From: a virus
Taxonomy: Duplodnaviria > Caudoviricetes
Virus record (IMG/VR): IMGVR_UViG_3300016636_000214
Coordinates: 1 to 39,072 of that record
Length of the DNA stretch: 39,072 bases
Direction: 5' to 3' (one strand)
Shown here: piece by piece, positions 1-8,260 of the stretch
How the letters are laid out: every line of letters begins with the position of its first letter
Position numbering within the stretch: position 1 is the first letter of the stretch
Program-made: the position numbers and the translations under genes
The notes under the pieces: generated by a model
What the model was told of the DNA's origin: nothing
Databases searched by the model: none
The model's input: the letters and a program-made list of their open reading frames with translations, nothing else

Positions 1-1323
1 TTACTCAGTTGCGCCACGTTTTGCTTTTAAGCGAGTGACGTTCGGTCCGATCTGGTTCGCGAATTCGTGGGGGGTGACATGCTCCTGTCGATTCGTCTCA
101 AGGTACCGGCTCCACCAGTTCATGATCAATCTGCGCTCCTCAATGAATTCGGCCTTGTGGATGTAAGCGGCGCGGACGTTGTTGCGTTCTTTGTGGCTCA
201 TCTGCCTTTCAATTGCGGTCTCGGACCACAGTCCTGACTCAATCAGTGCGCTACATGCCATCGAGCGGAAGCCATGGCCACAGATTTCGGTTTTGGTGTC
301 GTAACCCATATTTCGAAGCGCGCTGTTCACCGTGTTTTCAGACATCGGTTTCGACGGGTTGGCATCGCCTGCAAATACCAGGTCGAATTCGCCGGTGAGG
401 GTGCGGATCTGTTCAAGCAGGGTCACGGCTTGCGGCGATAAGGGTACAAGGTGGATGTCCCCGGCCATCTTCGTACCTCTTGTTGAAAAGGGTACTCCGT
501 CCAACGCGGGTCGAGTGTCCGGTATCTCCCAGGTGCCGCGCTTGAGGTCGAACTCGCTCCAGCGGGCGAAGCGCAGTTCGCTGGAGCGGACAAACACATG
601 TAGCGAGAGCATGACTGTCAGCCGAGTCAGCGTTCGTCCTTTGTAAGTGTCGATGCGCTCCTGCAATTCAGGCAGGCGCGATAAGGGTAAAGCTGGGCGG
701 TGCACTACCCTCGGGGATTTGATCAAACCTTCAAGGTCGGAGGCAGGGTTTGCTGCGATCTGTCGAGCACGTTTCGCCTCGCGCATGATGCTTTGCAGGT
801 AGTTTTGTACCCTTAACGCGACGTCAATCGTGCCACGCTTCTGGATTGCTTCCAGAGGTTGCATCAAGTCGTGAGTGTCTAGGTCGACAATAGCGCGATC
901 ACCGATTAGAGGAAAAACATGGGTTTTGAGGCGGCTCAGGACCGTCTTGGCATGGCCCGGAGCCCATTTGGCAGACATCGCTTTGTGCCAGTCCAAGGCT
1001 GAGTCCTCAAAGGTTCGGCCTCGGATTGTGGCTTGCGTCTTGGCTTGATGTTTGGACTCGATGGGGTCGATGCCTTCCGCCAGCATCCGCTTGACCTCCA
1101 GCCGCTTCTTGCGCGCATCGGCGAGGCCGACCACGGGGTAGTTGCCAAACGAGGTCAGCCCTTCACGACCATCAGGTTTTACATACCTGAAACGCCAGCC
1201 TTTGCGGCCGTTGGGTTGGACTAAAAGGTAGAGGCCGTCGCCGTCGAAAAGCTTATAGGCGCGGTCGGTGGGCTTGGCTGAGCGGCAAGCCGAATCAGAG
1301 AGCGGGGCAGTGGTGCGCGACAT
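1..1323 (-). CDS. int: P4-like tyrosine integrase (Arm-DNA-binding N-terminus) of a separate genomic island
   Basis: N-terminal YKLFDGDGLYLLV...GRKGWRFRY; catalytic VRSSELR, TKM, HGFR, MSH, AAY; lies just downstream of the tRNA 3' end. Confidence 0.95.
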   Translation of the reverse strand: MSRTTAPLSDSACRSAKPTDRAYKLFDGDGLYLLVQPNGRKGWRFRYVKPDGREGLTSFGNYPVVGLADARKKRLEVKRMLAEGIDPIESKHQAKTQATIRGRTFEDSALDWHKAMSAKWAPGHAKTVLSRLKTHVFPLIGDRAIVDLDTHDLMQPLEAIQKRGTIDVALRVQNYLQSIMREAKRARQIAANPASDLEGLIKSPRVVHRPALPLSRLPELQERIDTYKGRTLTRLTVMLSLHVFVRSSELRFARWSEFDLKRGTWEIPDTRPALDGVPFSTRGTKMAGDIHLVPLSPQAVTLLEQIRTLTGEFDLVFAGDANPSKPMSENTVNSALRNMGYDTKTEICGHGFRSMACSALIESGLWSETAIERQMSHKERNNVRAAYIHKAEFIEERRLIMNWWSRYLETNRQEHVTPHEFANQIGPNVTRLKAKRGATE

Positions 1324-1425
1324 AAGGGTACTCCTCCCTTTATCGAATGACCTTACCCCTATCTTTATCCTTAAAACGGCTGGTATCCATAAGATTTTGG
1401 CGGAATCCGACGGAACGCCAAAACG

Positions 1426-1452
1426 AAAAAACCCGCCAGAAGGCGGGTTTTT
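1426..1452. terminator. Bidirectional intrinsic terminator downstream of the tRNA 3' end
   Basis: AAAAAA-CCCGCC-AGAA-GGCGGG-TTTTT. Confidence 0.85.
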
Positions 1453-1495
1453 CGGGGGTTTCAGAGATTTTGAAAGCCTTCTCTGGAACCTTGGA

Positions 1496-1540
1496 TGGTG
1501 CCGGCACCAGGAGTCGAACCCGGGACCTACTGATTACAAG
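1496..1540 (-). tRNA. 3' half of tRNA-Thr(TGT), anticodon loop to CCA; att core of the prophage, not an intact tRNA
   Basis: Minus strand CTTGTAATCAGTAGGTCCCGGGTTCGACTCCTGGTGCCGGCACCA has the anticodon loop, T-loop GTTCGA and CCA; no D-arm or 5' acceptor strand upstream. Confidence 0.9.
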
Positions 1541-1560
1541 AACCCTGCTCACAGCATGCA

Positions 1561-1646
1561 AATCAATAGGTTACGGTATTCTCTGGTACGTGATAGGCAC
1601 GCGGAGAGCCAGAAACCATGCGGTCTCTGGCCGTGTTGGTACGCGG
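1561..1646. promoter_or_regulatory. att arm: IHF site and putative integrase arm-type repeats
   Basis: AATCAATAGGTTA (1561-1573) matches WATCAANNNNTTR; GGYACGYG direct repeats at 1585, 1596 and 1638. Confidence 0.6.
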
Positions 1647-1649
1647 GAA

Positions 1650-2792
1650 TCAGTCGGCGGAAGGGGATACGCGGGGAAGGCTGAAGTCGTAGATGTCGAG
1701 CATGGCTTCGTCGCGGTGGCCGCTGGCGTCTTGTTTCTGCTTGCGGTCACCAGGGGTGTCGGTGATACCGCGACGCTTGAGGTCGTGCAAAGCGAAGCGC
1801 TGCTCCTCGCTAAGGACGCCCTCCTTGATCGCTCTGGTTATGAAGCGCTGCCAGGTGCTGTCCAGACTGCTCTTCTGCAGTTGCCCTCCGTGGGCCGCCA
1901 CGATGATGAAGCGGCGCTCTGCTGCGGTTGGGATAGGGTGGGACTGACTGACCCATATACGACGCCTGTACGCTTTGGCTCCTTCCCAGGCAGCCCTGAG
2001 TCGAGGCGTCCAGCACACCACGTTGTCACGGCTGCCCTTGCGCCTGTTCGTCTGGACTCCGTCTTCCAGCTCATTCGCATCGGTGAGGGTGACTGTCTCG
2101 ATGCCGCGCAGGCGGCAAAGGTAGGCCAGCTCCATCACGTAGCCCAGGTAGGCCGGGCATGCCCCCGGCTGCCCTCGCGTGAGCTGCCCCATTGCGTGCG
2201 CCCTTGCGATCAGTTCCCCCATGACCTTTGGGTTCGGCAGGCGTCGCTGCTTGCGCTCGGCCGGCGCTTCGATGCCCAGTGCGACATTGATTTCCAGGTA
2301 GCCGCGGTTGCGGCCCCACTGCATGACTCGTCGCAAGTATCGAAGGACATGCGCGGCCTTGGACGGCGTCCCCTCGTCGGCGATCTGGTCGACCAGGCGT
2401 TGCACTAGAGCAGAGGTAAACTTGCGCACTGAAAGTTCGCCGAGTGGCTTCTGCAGTTTGGTCGGGATAGCCAGCAGCACGTCGCGGGAGTACTCATAAT
2501 CGTCGCGGGTTTTCTTTGCGAGCTTCTTGCATTGAGCGCTTGCGTGAAACTCCTTGCACAGGTGGTAGAGACTTTCCCTGTCGACTCCCTTCCTTTCCTC
2601 CATGATCCGGTGTAGGTCACTGAGGGTGGCGGTGCGGCCGGCGATGTTCATGCGCTTGCGGTTGCCACCTTCGTCTCGCCAGGAGGTGTACCAGGTGCCC
2701 CCCCAACGATGGTCAAAGAAAACGGCCGCGGGGATAGCGGCCTGGTCGATGTGCTGGGGGATGTTGGGGTTGTTCTTCCTGGATCGCCTCAT
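1650..2792 (-). CDS. int: Prophage tyrosine integrase (phiCTX-type), 380 aa
   Basis: LRGIE, RRKG, HDLKR, SGH and IY motifs; start MRRSRK overlaps the upstream stop (ATGA); adjacent to att. Confidence 0.92.
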   Translation of the reverse strand: MRRSRKNNPNIPQHIDQAAIPAAVFFDHRWGGTWYTSWRDEGGNRKRMNIAGRTATLSDLHRIMEERKGVDRESLYHLCKEFHASAQCKKLAKKTRDDYEYSRDVLLAIPTKLQKPLGELSVRKFTSALVQRLVDQIADEGTPSKAAHVLRYLRRVMQWGRNRGYLEINVALGIEAPAERKQRRLPNPKVMGELIARAHAMGQLTRGQPGACPAYLGYVMELAYLCRLRGIETVTLTDANELEDGVQTNRRKGSRDNVVCWTPRLRAAWEGAKAYRRRIWVSQSHPIPTAAERRFIIVAAHGGQLQKSSLDSTWQRFITRAIKEGVLSEEQRFALHDLKRRGITDTPGDRKQKQDASGHRDEAMLDIYDFSLPRVSPSAD

Positions 2793-2998
2793 AGAATCTC
2801 GACGCCGTACTGCTCCTGGGTGCCGGCTTTCAGCCCGCCGGCCTGGTTGATTAGCTCCACGGTGGTCCAGGGGCCGGTGCGGCCCCGGAAAATGCGGATA
2901 CCCTGCTCGTGCAGGGTCCGCTCCACGTCTGCCCGTCGGGCATATCCGGTAATGCGCTTGAGGTCGTCGAATGTCAGCACGCGGGAGACTTCGCTCAT
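2789..2998 (-). CDS. Small DUF4224-like protein, probable excisionase
   Basis: LTFDDLKRITGY...GIRIFRGRTGPWTT; GGAGG RBS; translationally coupled to int. Confidence 0.7.
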   Translation of the reverse strand: MSEVSRVLTFDDLKRITGYARRADVERTLHEQGIRIFRGRTGPWTTVELINQAGGLKAGTQEQYGVEIL

Positions 2999-3076
2999 GG
3001 CTGGGCCTCCAGTGTACTGCCGACGGCCTGTGGCCATCGCCGAGAATCGCAGCTCCGGCCTTCTCGCCGCACGTCG

Positions 3077-3283
3077 TTACCCATTCTCCCTCCCTAGCCA
3101 TTCATGGCGGCGACGCCACTGCTTGCGCATTTCCTCGATCAGCCGAGTGACGGCTTGCTCGCCGCGCTTATTGAGGTGGGTTGCTTTGAGCTCGGCCACT
3201 TTCTCCGGCGTGGTGTTCCCACGCCGGAGCCAGTACCTGGCCTCGCATTCCAGCATGTGCTGGCGTTCGTCCTGGTCAGACAA
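3077..3283 (-). CDS. Phage hypothetical protein, 68 aa
   Basis: TTG start with GGAGGTG RBS; co-oriented with the early operon. Confidence 0.7.
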   Translation of the reverse strand: MSDQDERQHMLECEARYWLRRGNTTPEKVAELKATHLNKRGEQAVTRLIEEMRKQWRRRHEWLGRENG

Positions 3284-3434
3284 AGCTCACCTCCACCCGG
3301 TCGGCCCGGGCTAGCATGGCCAGGGCGTTTCGGAATGCCCGGGAATCACTGGGCGTACTGCTTGTATGGATAAGCGGCCGACCTAGTTTGGTGAAGCGCA
3401 GATGGCCGCCATTGATGAGAATTGGCCGGCTCAT
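3276..3434 (-). CDS. 52-aa HicA-like protein, probably N-terminally truncated (not in the ORF track)
   Basis: Manual translation MSRPILINGGHLRFTKLGRPLIHTSSTPSDSRAFRNALAMLARADRVEVSFV; ATGA overlap with the upstream gene. Confidence 0.5.
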   Translation of the reverse strand: MSRPILINGGHLRFTKLGRPLIHTSSTPSDSRAFRNALAMLARADRVEVSFV

Positions 3435-4057
3435 GGCGCGTTCCTCGCGCCACAGTTGGGGCAGTCCTCAAAGCGCTGGCGGTCACTGAGGAAGCGGCCG
3501 CAGCCGTCGCAGTTGAGCCGGTAGTTGTAGCGGTGGTAGCGCGGGCGCTTAAGCTTGGGCAGCTTGAGGCCTACTGAGCGCAGTGCTTGTTTGTGGGCGA
3601 GCAGCGCGGCCGGGACTACCGGCCGGGAACGCTCGACGATGTATCCGCATGGCCACAGCTCGAAGCCTTGGGCTAAGTACCCAGCGGCATCTGCCGCTCC
3701 CGGGTGGATGGCGTCGTCCAGGTTGGCAGTTGGGCCTTTGCCTCCGCGCCATACCAGATCGTTGCCGTCCCACTCGCGGGCGTAGGCCACATATACGCGG
3801 CCGTCTTCGTTGCGGTAAGCCTCGGCTTCCGACCTGGTGAGGTATTGGCAGTCAACGCCGACCTCTGCCAGGGCGCGAACATAGTCCACGGGCCAGGGCA
3901 GGTCGGTCTCGCGGCACTCGTACTGCTTGACTGCGGACTCGCGTGTGAACTGCTCGGCCTCGTTGAGATTCGAGGTATAACCGCCACCGTTGCGCCAGAA
4001 CATAGCTCGCGTCCCAACATTGCTACGGCTGTCTTGCACAAAGAAAAGGTCAGACAT
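3431..4057 (-). CDS. Phage hypothetical protein with C-terminal zinc ribbon
   Basis: CDGC...CPNC at the C-terminus; AGGAGG RBS; overlaps the MTase stop. Confidence 0.8.
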   Translation of the reverse strand: MSDLFFVQDSRSNVGTRAMFWRNGGGYTSNLNEAEQFTRESAVKQYECRETDLPWPVDYVRALAEVGVDCQYLTRSEAEAYRNEDGRVYVAYAREWDGNDLVWRGGKGPTANLDDAIHPGAADAAGYLAQGFELWPCGYIVERSRPVVPAALLAHKQALRSVGLKLPKLKRPRYHRYNYRLNCDGCGRFLSDRQRFEDCPNCGARNAP

Positions 4058-5729
4058 CAGTTACCTCCTGTTGCGCAACGCTCAGACCGACAGCCACCGG
4101 GCGGACCCAGATGGGCATGCTGTTGAGCATGAAGGTTTCGCCGGCTGCGGCCAGCAGAAGGGTGGTGCCCATCACGTGGGCGATTGCTTCGGCGGCAGCC
4201 GGCGGCACGGCATTGCCGATCCGCTCGCGCCAGGCCTGATCGCTCAGTCCATCCAGTTCAAACTGTTCCTCCGGTTCGACGAGACTTTGCAGCGCGGCCA
4301 GCTCCAGCGTGGTGAATGGCCGGTGCCAGGTGCCGTCGAGGCTTTCGATGACACAGGTCAAACGGTCGTTGGCTTCCGGCATGCGAGGGTCAGCGACAGA
4401 CCACCGGCCATTGTCCTGCTTGGCACTGGCCGAAACGGCACCGCATTGGCTGTTCCAGTCGACAACTCCGTAGTGCCCACCGGTGAGGTAGGCATCGCCC
4501 TTGCCGCGCCTCATGCCTGGGCGTGGGTCTTGAACAGCGAAAGCGCCCTGGCCCGTGGTGCTGCCTGAAATTACGGTGCGCGATATACCATCCCATTGGG
4601 CCACGTTGTACTTGGCGTGCCCAATGCCTGGATCGCGCGGGTCAGCAACACTGAACGTGCCTTGCCCGGGCGATTTGACGCCGATCACCGCGCCGCTCGT
4701 TTCATCCCATCGACGGACGCCGTACTGCTGGTATTGCAAGGAGCCGGCCCTGGCCCGTGGGTCAGCGACCGAGAACTTGCCGTTGGTTGGTCCGCTACGC
4801 GCGGCGACGGTACCGGCGGTTTCGTACCAGTCGTGCACGCCCAGAAAACCGTCCCGAAATTGCGGAACGATTACGAGGTCGCGCAGGTGGCCATCCTCGA
4901 TCGCTAAGTCATTCAGGCAGCGCCAGTCCTTGCCGGCTTCGACCAGGGCGAGGCGAACCCACGTTTTCCATTGCAAAGCTGGAACGCGGTGCATTGGTCC
5001 CGCTGAATCGATATCGCCCGCCAGCGGCATGCGACCAAGGATCGAGCCAACCGACTTGAGCGTCTTCTTTTCCGGCTCATACAAGAACGGTGGCACCTTT
5101 TCGATATGGCGGGCCACCAGTAGGAAGCGCTTACGGCTCTGGGCAAGTCCACCGATGACGCCGCAGTCGTGGGTGGTTTCTGCGACGGCGTAGCCGAAGT
5201 GGCTCAGCAGCTTGTTGATTTGGTCCAGCAAGTGGCGGCCGCGAGTGGCCAGGCGTGGCACGTTCTCGAACACCAGTAGCGGGACGGGATCGTCTTTCCA
5301 AGCTTCGCCGAACAGCCAAATGCAACGCAGCGTCAACTCGTTGAGGGCCTGATACTTCGGTGTCTGACTCATTGTTTCGGACAGCAGGCCCGACGCGCCC
5401 TTGCATGGGCTGGAAATGAACACAGCGTCAGGGCGCTGGTAGTTCGCAGCTCGGCGGATGTCGTCGACCGTCGCTTCGCGCCAACCTGGTGGCGGCTCCT
5501 TTCCGTGGAAGCGGATGTACTGATCGCGTGTGAATAGGTCCAGCTGCGTGCCTTTCACACCGCTCAACCGTTCGAAGTCGGCCAGCCCGGCCGGGTCTAT
5601 GTCGACGCCGCCTATGCACTCCCACTCACCTTGGACATTGCCAACGATGGGCTTGGCACGATTGAAACCTTTGGCGCCACCGCCGAGGCCGCAGCAAAAA
5701 TGAAAGTGCTTGAGGGTACGCTTAAGCAT
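4050..5729 (-). CDS. DNA (cytosine-5) methyltransferase, 559 aa
   Basis: Motif I HFCCGLGG, motif IV SSPCKG, motif VI FENVP, QSRKR, motif X IGNAVPP. Confidence 0.92.
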   Translation of the reverse strand: MLKRTLKHFHFCCGLGGGAKGFNRAKPIVGNVQGEWECIGGVDIDPAGLADFERLSGVKGTQLDLFTRDQYIRFHGKEPPPGWREATVDDIRRAANYQRPDAVFISSPCKGASGLLSETMSQTPKYQALNELTLRCIWLFGEAWKDDPVPLLVFENVPRLATRGRHLLDQINKLLSHFGYAVAETTHDCGVIGGLAQSRKRFLLVARHIEKVPPFLYEPEKKTLKSVGSILGRMPLAGDIDSAGPMHRVPALQWKTWVRLALVEAGKDWRCLNDLAIEDGHLRDLVIVPQFRDGFLGVHDWYETAGTVAARSGPTNGKFSVADPRARAGSLQYQQYGVRRWDETSGAVIGVKSPGQGTFSVADPRDPGIGHAKYNVAQWDGISRTVISGSTTGQGAFAVQDPRPGMRRGKGDAYLTGGHYGVVDWNSQCGAVSASAKQDNGRWSVADPRMPEANDRLTCVIESLDGTWHRPFTTLELAALQSLVEPEEQFELDGLSDQAWRERIGNAVPPAAAEAIAHVMGTTLLLAAAGETFMLNSMPIWVRPVAVGLSVAQQEVTDV

Positions 5730-5961
5730 TACGACGCCCCCTTGCTTGCTTCGCTGCAGCTTTTTCCGCCAGAAGCGCAGCCCATTCGGTGGACTTGCGC
5801 TGTTGGCGCTGACGGCTGCATTTTTCATGTTTGCGCGTCGAACGTGCTTTCCCGCAGATATCGCAGATGTTGGGCAGGTCCAGGCGGTGGCTAGCCATCG
5901 TCGGCCGGGTGCGTTCGGTGGTAGCCTTATCGGCGCTGACTTCTTGGGGGTTCACTTGCAT
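5722..5961 (-). CDS. Phage hypothetical protein, 79 aa, possible zinc finger
   Basis: CDIC...H..C; AAGGAG RBS within the repeat. Confidence 0.75.
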   Translation of the reverse strand: MQVNPQEVSADKATTERTRPTMASHRLDLPNICDICGKARSTRKHEKCSRQRQQRKSTEWAALLAEKAAAKQARGRRNA

Positions 5962-6009
5962 GGTGCTTCTCCTTGGGGTTGGTCGGTCTCGGAGGGTTGC
6001 CGCCCTCCG
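5957..6009 (-). repeat. Gene-start repeat, copy 4 (CGGCAA-loop hairpin plus 21-bp RBS/start block)
   Basis: CGGAGGG-CGGCAA-CCCTCCG followed by CCCAAGGAGAAGCACCATGCA (5957-5977). Confidence 0.9.
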
Positions 6010-6019
6010 GGGCCATCTT

Positions 6020-6982
6020 TTATGCCGCCACGTAACCGGCGGCGGTCTTACTCAGCAGGCCGGCTTCGGCTGCCTTCTGCATCAGCCTGGTGGCTCTGTC
6101 GCTGCCTATCCGCAGACCCTTGGCGACCTGACGCACTGCCACCTTCGTTCCTCTTTCCGTGCTGGCTATGAGCTGCAGCAAATCGGTCGGCAGCCCTTCG
6201 CTGGCTGCTTGTACCTGCTCCGTTTTCTGGCGTTCCTGTTGCTGTTCCTCGGTCTGTTCCTCTCCCGCTGCTACTGGTGCCGGGGCGCGTTCCTGCGCGG
6301 GGGCTGGACGTAGGGCGGAAAGGATCAAGGCCGGCACAATCTCCAGCGCAGCGGCGAAGCCGAGGCAGAGTAGGGTGGCCAGTTCAAGCGGTAGGCCCGC
6401 GGCCTTGGCTGGTAGGGCCAGTAGGGCGGTGAGCTCCTGCGACGCCTGGTCCCGACGCACCTGGGCGCGCTCCCTTTCGGCGTCGATGCGTGCCATGGCG
6501 GCTGTCTCCAGTTCCAGGGCACGGGTGACCATGCCTCGCTCGCGCAGTGCGTTGGCCTGCTGGTGGACGGCTGCCGCATCGCTGTCGAGCTGCCCGATGC
6601 GGGTGGCGTCTGCGTCGCGCTGCTCCACCAGGTCGATCTGGCGTTGTTCTTGGCGGGCCTGTTGCTCGGCGCGGCTGTTGATGATCGAGGACATGAGCCG
6701 GTCGTAAGTGGCCCAGCTGGAGACGGCGCCCAGGGCCAGCGCGCAGGTCATCATCAGTAGCGCGCACAGGGTTCGGCGCACGACCAGCAGGCCGAGTGCC
6801 AGCGGCCAGGCGACATACTTGAACAGGTCCAGGACCACCGCGGCCGAGGCGAAAAGAACGGCGAGCAGGGTGTTGTCGATCAGCGCGGAAATGGCCAGAG
6901 CCACCGACGTGGCGGTCACGCCCGCCAGTGCGGCGACCATGGCCAGTAGCGGCCAGCGGTGGTGTTGTTGTAAGTGGTGCAT
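6020..6982 (-). CDS. Membrane protein with coiled coil and C-terminal winged-helix (FtsK-gamma-like), 320 aa
   Basis: About three N-terminal hydrophobic helices, Q/E/R-rich coil, a further hydrophobic helix, then VRQVAKGLRIGSDRATRLMQKAAEAGLL. Confidence 0.75.
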   Translation of the reverse strand: MHHLQQHHRWPLLAMVAALAGVTATSVALAISALIDNTLLAVLFASAAVVLDLFKYVAWPLALGLLVVRRTLCALLMMTCALALGAVSSWATYDRLMSSIINSRAEQQARQEQRQIDLVEQRDADATRIGQLDSDAAAVHQQANALRERGMVTRALELETAAMARIDAERERAQVRRDQASQELTALLALPAKAAGLPLELATLLCLGFAAALEIVPALILSALRPAPAQERAPAPVAAGEEQTEEQQQERQKTEQVQAASEGLPTDLLQLIASTERGTKVAVRQVAKGLRIGSDRATRLMQKAAEAGLLSKTAAGYVAA

Positions 6983-7033
6983 GGTGCTTCTCCTTGGGGG
7001 CAGGCCCTGCCGAGTTGCCGCTCGGCGGGGCCT
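6978..7033 (-). repeat. Gene-start repeat, copy 3
   Basis: AGGCCCCGCCGAG-CGGCAA-CTCGGCAGGGCCT followed by the identical 21-bp block (6978-6998). Confidence 0.9.
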
Positions 7034-7041
7034 TCGTGTGG

Positions 7042-7431
7042 TCAACGGACGCGGACTTTCTTGCCGTCTTCAATCACGTACAGGTTTACGTCCGCCAGGC
7101 GGTACTGACCGCCCGGTCCACCCGCGACGCAGTACAGACCGCCGCGGTCGTCTACGACTCGAACAGGGAACGGGTACGGCCCCTGGTTTCTTGCCCAGGT
7201 CGCCTGGTGCGCGTATTTGCTTGATTTCTTGATTTCTGCGTACAGCTGCTGCCCCTCGGGACGGACGCCGTGCGGGCCGTGGGCCAGCTCGAAGCCTTCC
7301 CAGCGCGCCTGGGTGGTCGGGTCGACGTAGCCGGTGTCGGTCTCATTGCGCGCCGTCGGCCACTTGTTGGCGGTGGCCACATCCTCGAAAGCGAACAGCA
7401 TGTTCAGGTCTGCGAATAGCTGAGTGCTCAT
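7042..7431 (-). CDS. Phage hypothetical protein, 129 aa
   Basis: ATGA-coupled to the upstream gene; GGAG RBS. Confidence 0.75.
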   Translation of the reverse strand: MSTQLFADLNMLFAFEDVATANKWPTARNETDTGYVDPTTQARWEGFELAHGPHGVRPEGQQLYAEIKKSSKYAHQATWARNQGPYPFPVRVVDDRGGLYCVAGGPGGQYRLADVNLYVIEDGKKVRVR

Positions 7432-8018
7432 GCGCGCTCTCCCAACTTGGCCAGGCGGGCGGCCTCGTATTCGCTTGGGAGAATCTCCACTGCACCGGTG
7501 ATCCAGCCGGACGTAGGTTGGTCTGCAGCTACGTTCGCTTCGTGGTCGGCCTGGTTGATGGAGAAGCCGAGAACGAAGTAGGCCACGCCCTGGTGCTCAA
7601 ACTTGATGCCGCCACAAAGCAGCAGGCTGCCCGTGTTCAGGTTGAGCCGGTCCCAGTAGTCGTGGGTGTCCAGGCTAGGCGGGCAGTGTTCCTTCCATAA
7701 CTCGCGCAGGCGCTCATGCTCCGCTCGAATAGCAGCACGCTGCTCCTTGGTGATGCCCTTGGGTGGCACTGCCTGTTGGCGGAGGCTGCGGTAGCCGTAC
7801 TCGTCAGGACGGCGCCAGTGGACGTCCAGCTCGCGACTGGCGGACAGCTTCACGCCGCCGGCGTAGTGGGAGGTGATGTCGCGCATCGGGGCGATGGCAC
7901 CGCCGAATAGCTTGCCCAGCTTGGCCAACTGCTCATTCAGCAGGTCTTTTGCCTGGTAGAACTCCCGGACGATGGCCACCACTTCGGGGGCTTCGGACTT
8001 GTAGAAGTAATTCTGCAT
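7428..8018 (-). CDS. Phage hypothetical protein, 196 aa
   Basis: Starts within the repeat RBS block; long co-oriented ORF. Confidence 0.8.
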   Translation of the reverse strand: MQNYFYKSEAPEVVAIVREFYQAKDLLNEQLAKLGKLFGGAIAPMRDITSHYAGGVKLSASRELDVHWRRPDEYGYRSLRQQAVPPKGITKEQRAAIRAEHERLRELWKEHCPPSLDTHDYWDRLNLNTGSLLLCGGIKFEHQGVAYFVLGFSINQADHEANVAADQPTSGWITGAVEILPSEYEAARLAKLGERA

Positions 8019-8064
8019 GGTGCTTCTCCTTGGGTTGGTTGCCCGGACGTTGCCGCGTCCGGGC
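8014..8064 (-). repeat. Gene-start repeat, copy 2
   Basis: GCCCGGACG-CGGCAA-CGTCCGGGC followed by the identical 21-bp block (8014-8034). Confidence 0.9.
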
Positions 8065-8071
8065 GGTGGGT

Positions 8072-8212
8072 TTAGTGCAGTGCCACGCTCAGAAGAGACG
8101 GGACGTAGTAGCCAGCCAGCGCGAGGGCCAGCAGGGTCAGGCCGCTGACGGCCAGGGTGACCAGCGTGTCGATGCGGTTGCTCTGGTAGAAGTGGTCGTT
8201 GTCGTTTTGCAT
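8072..8212 (-). CDS. 46-aa single-pass membrane peptide (not in the ORF track)
   Basis: MQNDNDHFYQSNRIDTLVTLAVSGLTLLALALAGYYVPSLLSVALH; exactly fills the interval between two repeats; strong RBS. Confidence 0.75.
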   Translation of the reverse strand: MQNDNDHFYQSNRIDTLVTLAVSGLTLLALALAGYYVPSLLSVALH

Positions 8213-8253
8213 GGTGCTTCTCCTTGGGGTTGATGCCGGCGTTGCCGCGCCGG
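8208..8253 (-). repeat. Gene-start repeat, copy 1
   Basis: CCGGCG-CGGCAA-CGCCGG followed by the identical 21-bp block (8208-8228). Confidence 0.9.
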
Positions 8254-8260
8254 GGTTGGG

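Noticed and set aside
1496-1575. Intact tRNA-Thr
   Set aside because: Similarity stops at the anticodon loop; the 5' half is absent.
1347-2408. 353-aa plus-strand ORF
   Set aside because: Runs antisense across int, att and the terminator; shadow ORF.
2793-3101. Long N-terminal extensions in the ORF track for int (also MTase, D, V, Q)
   Set aside because: They overlap genuine upstream genes; downstream starts with RBS or stop/start coupling fit better.
5957-8253. CRISPR array or integron
   Set aside because: Spacers are 0.2-1 kb genes; no cas genes or IntI, and no canonical attC R-box arrangement recognised.
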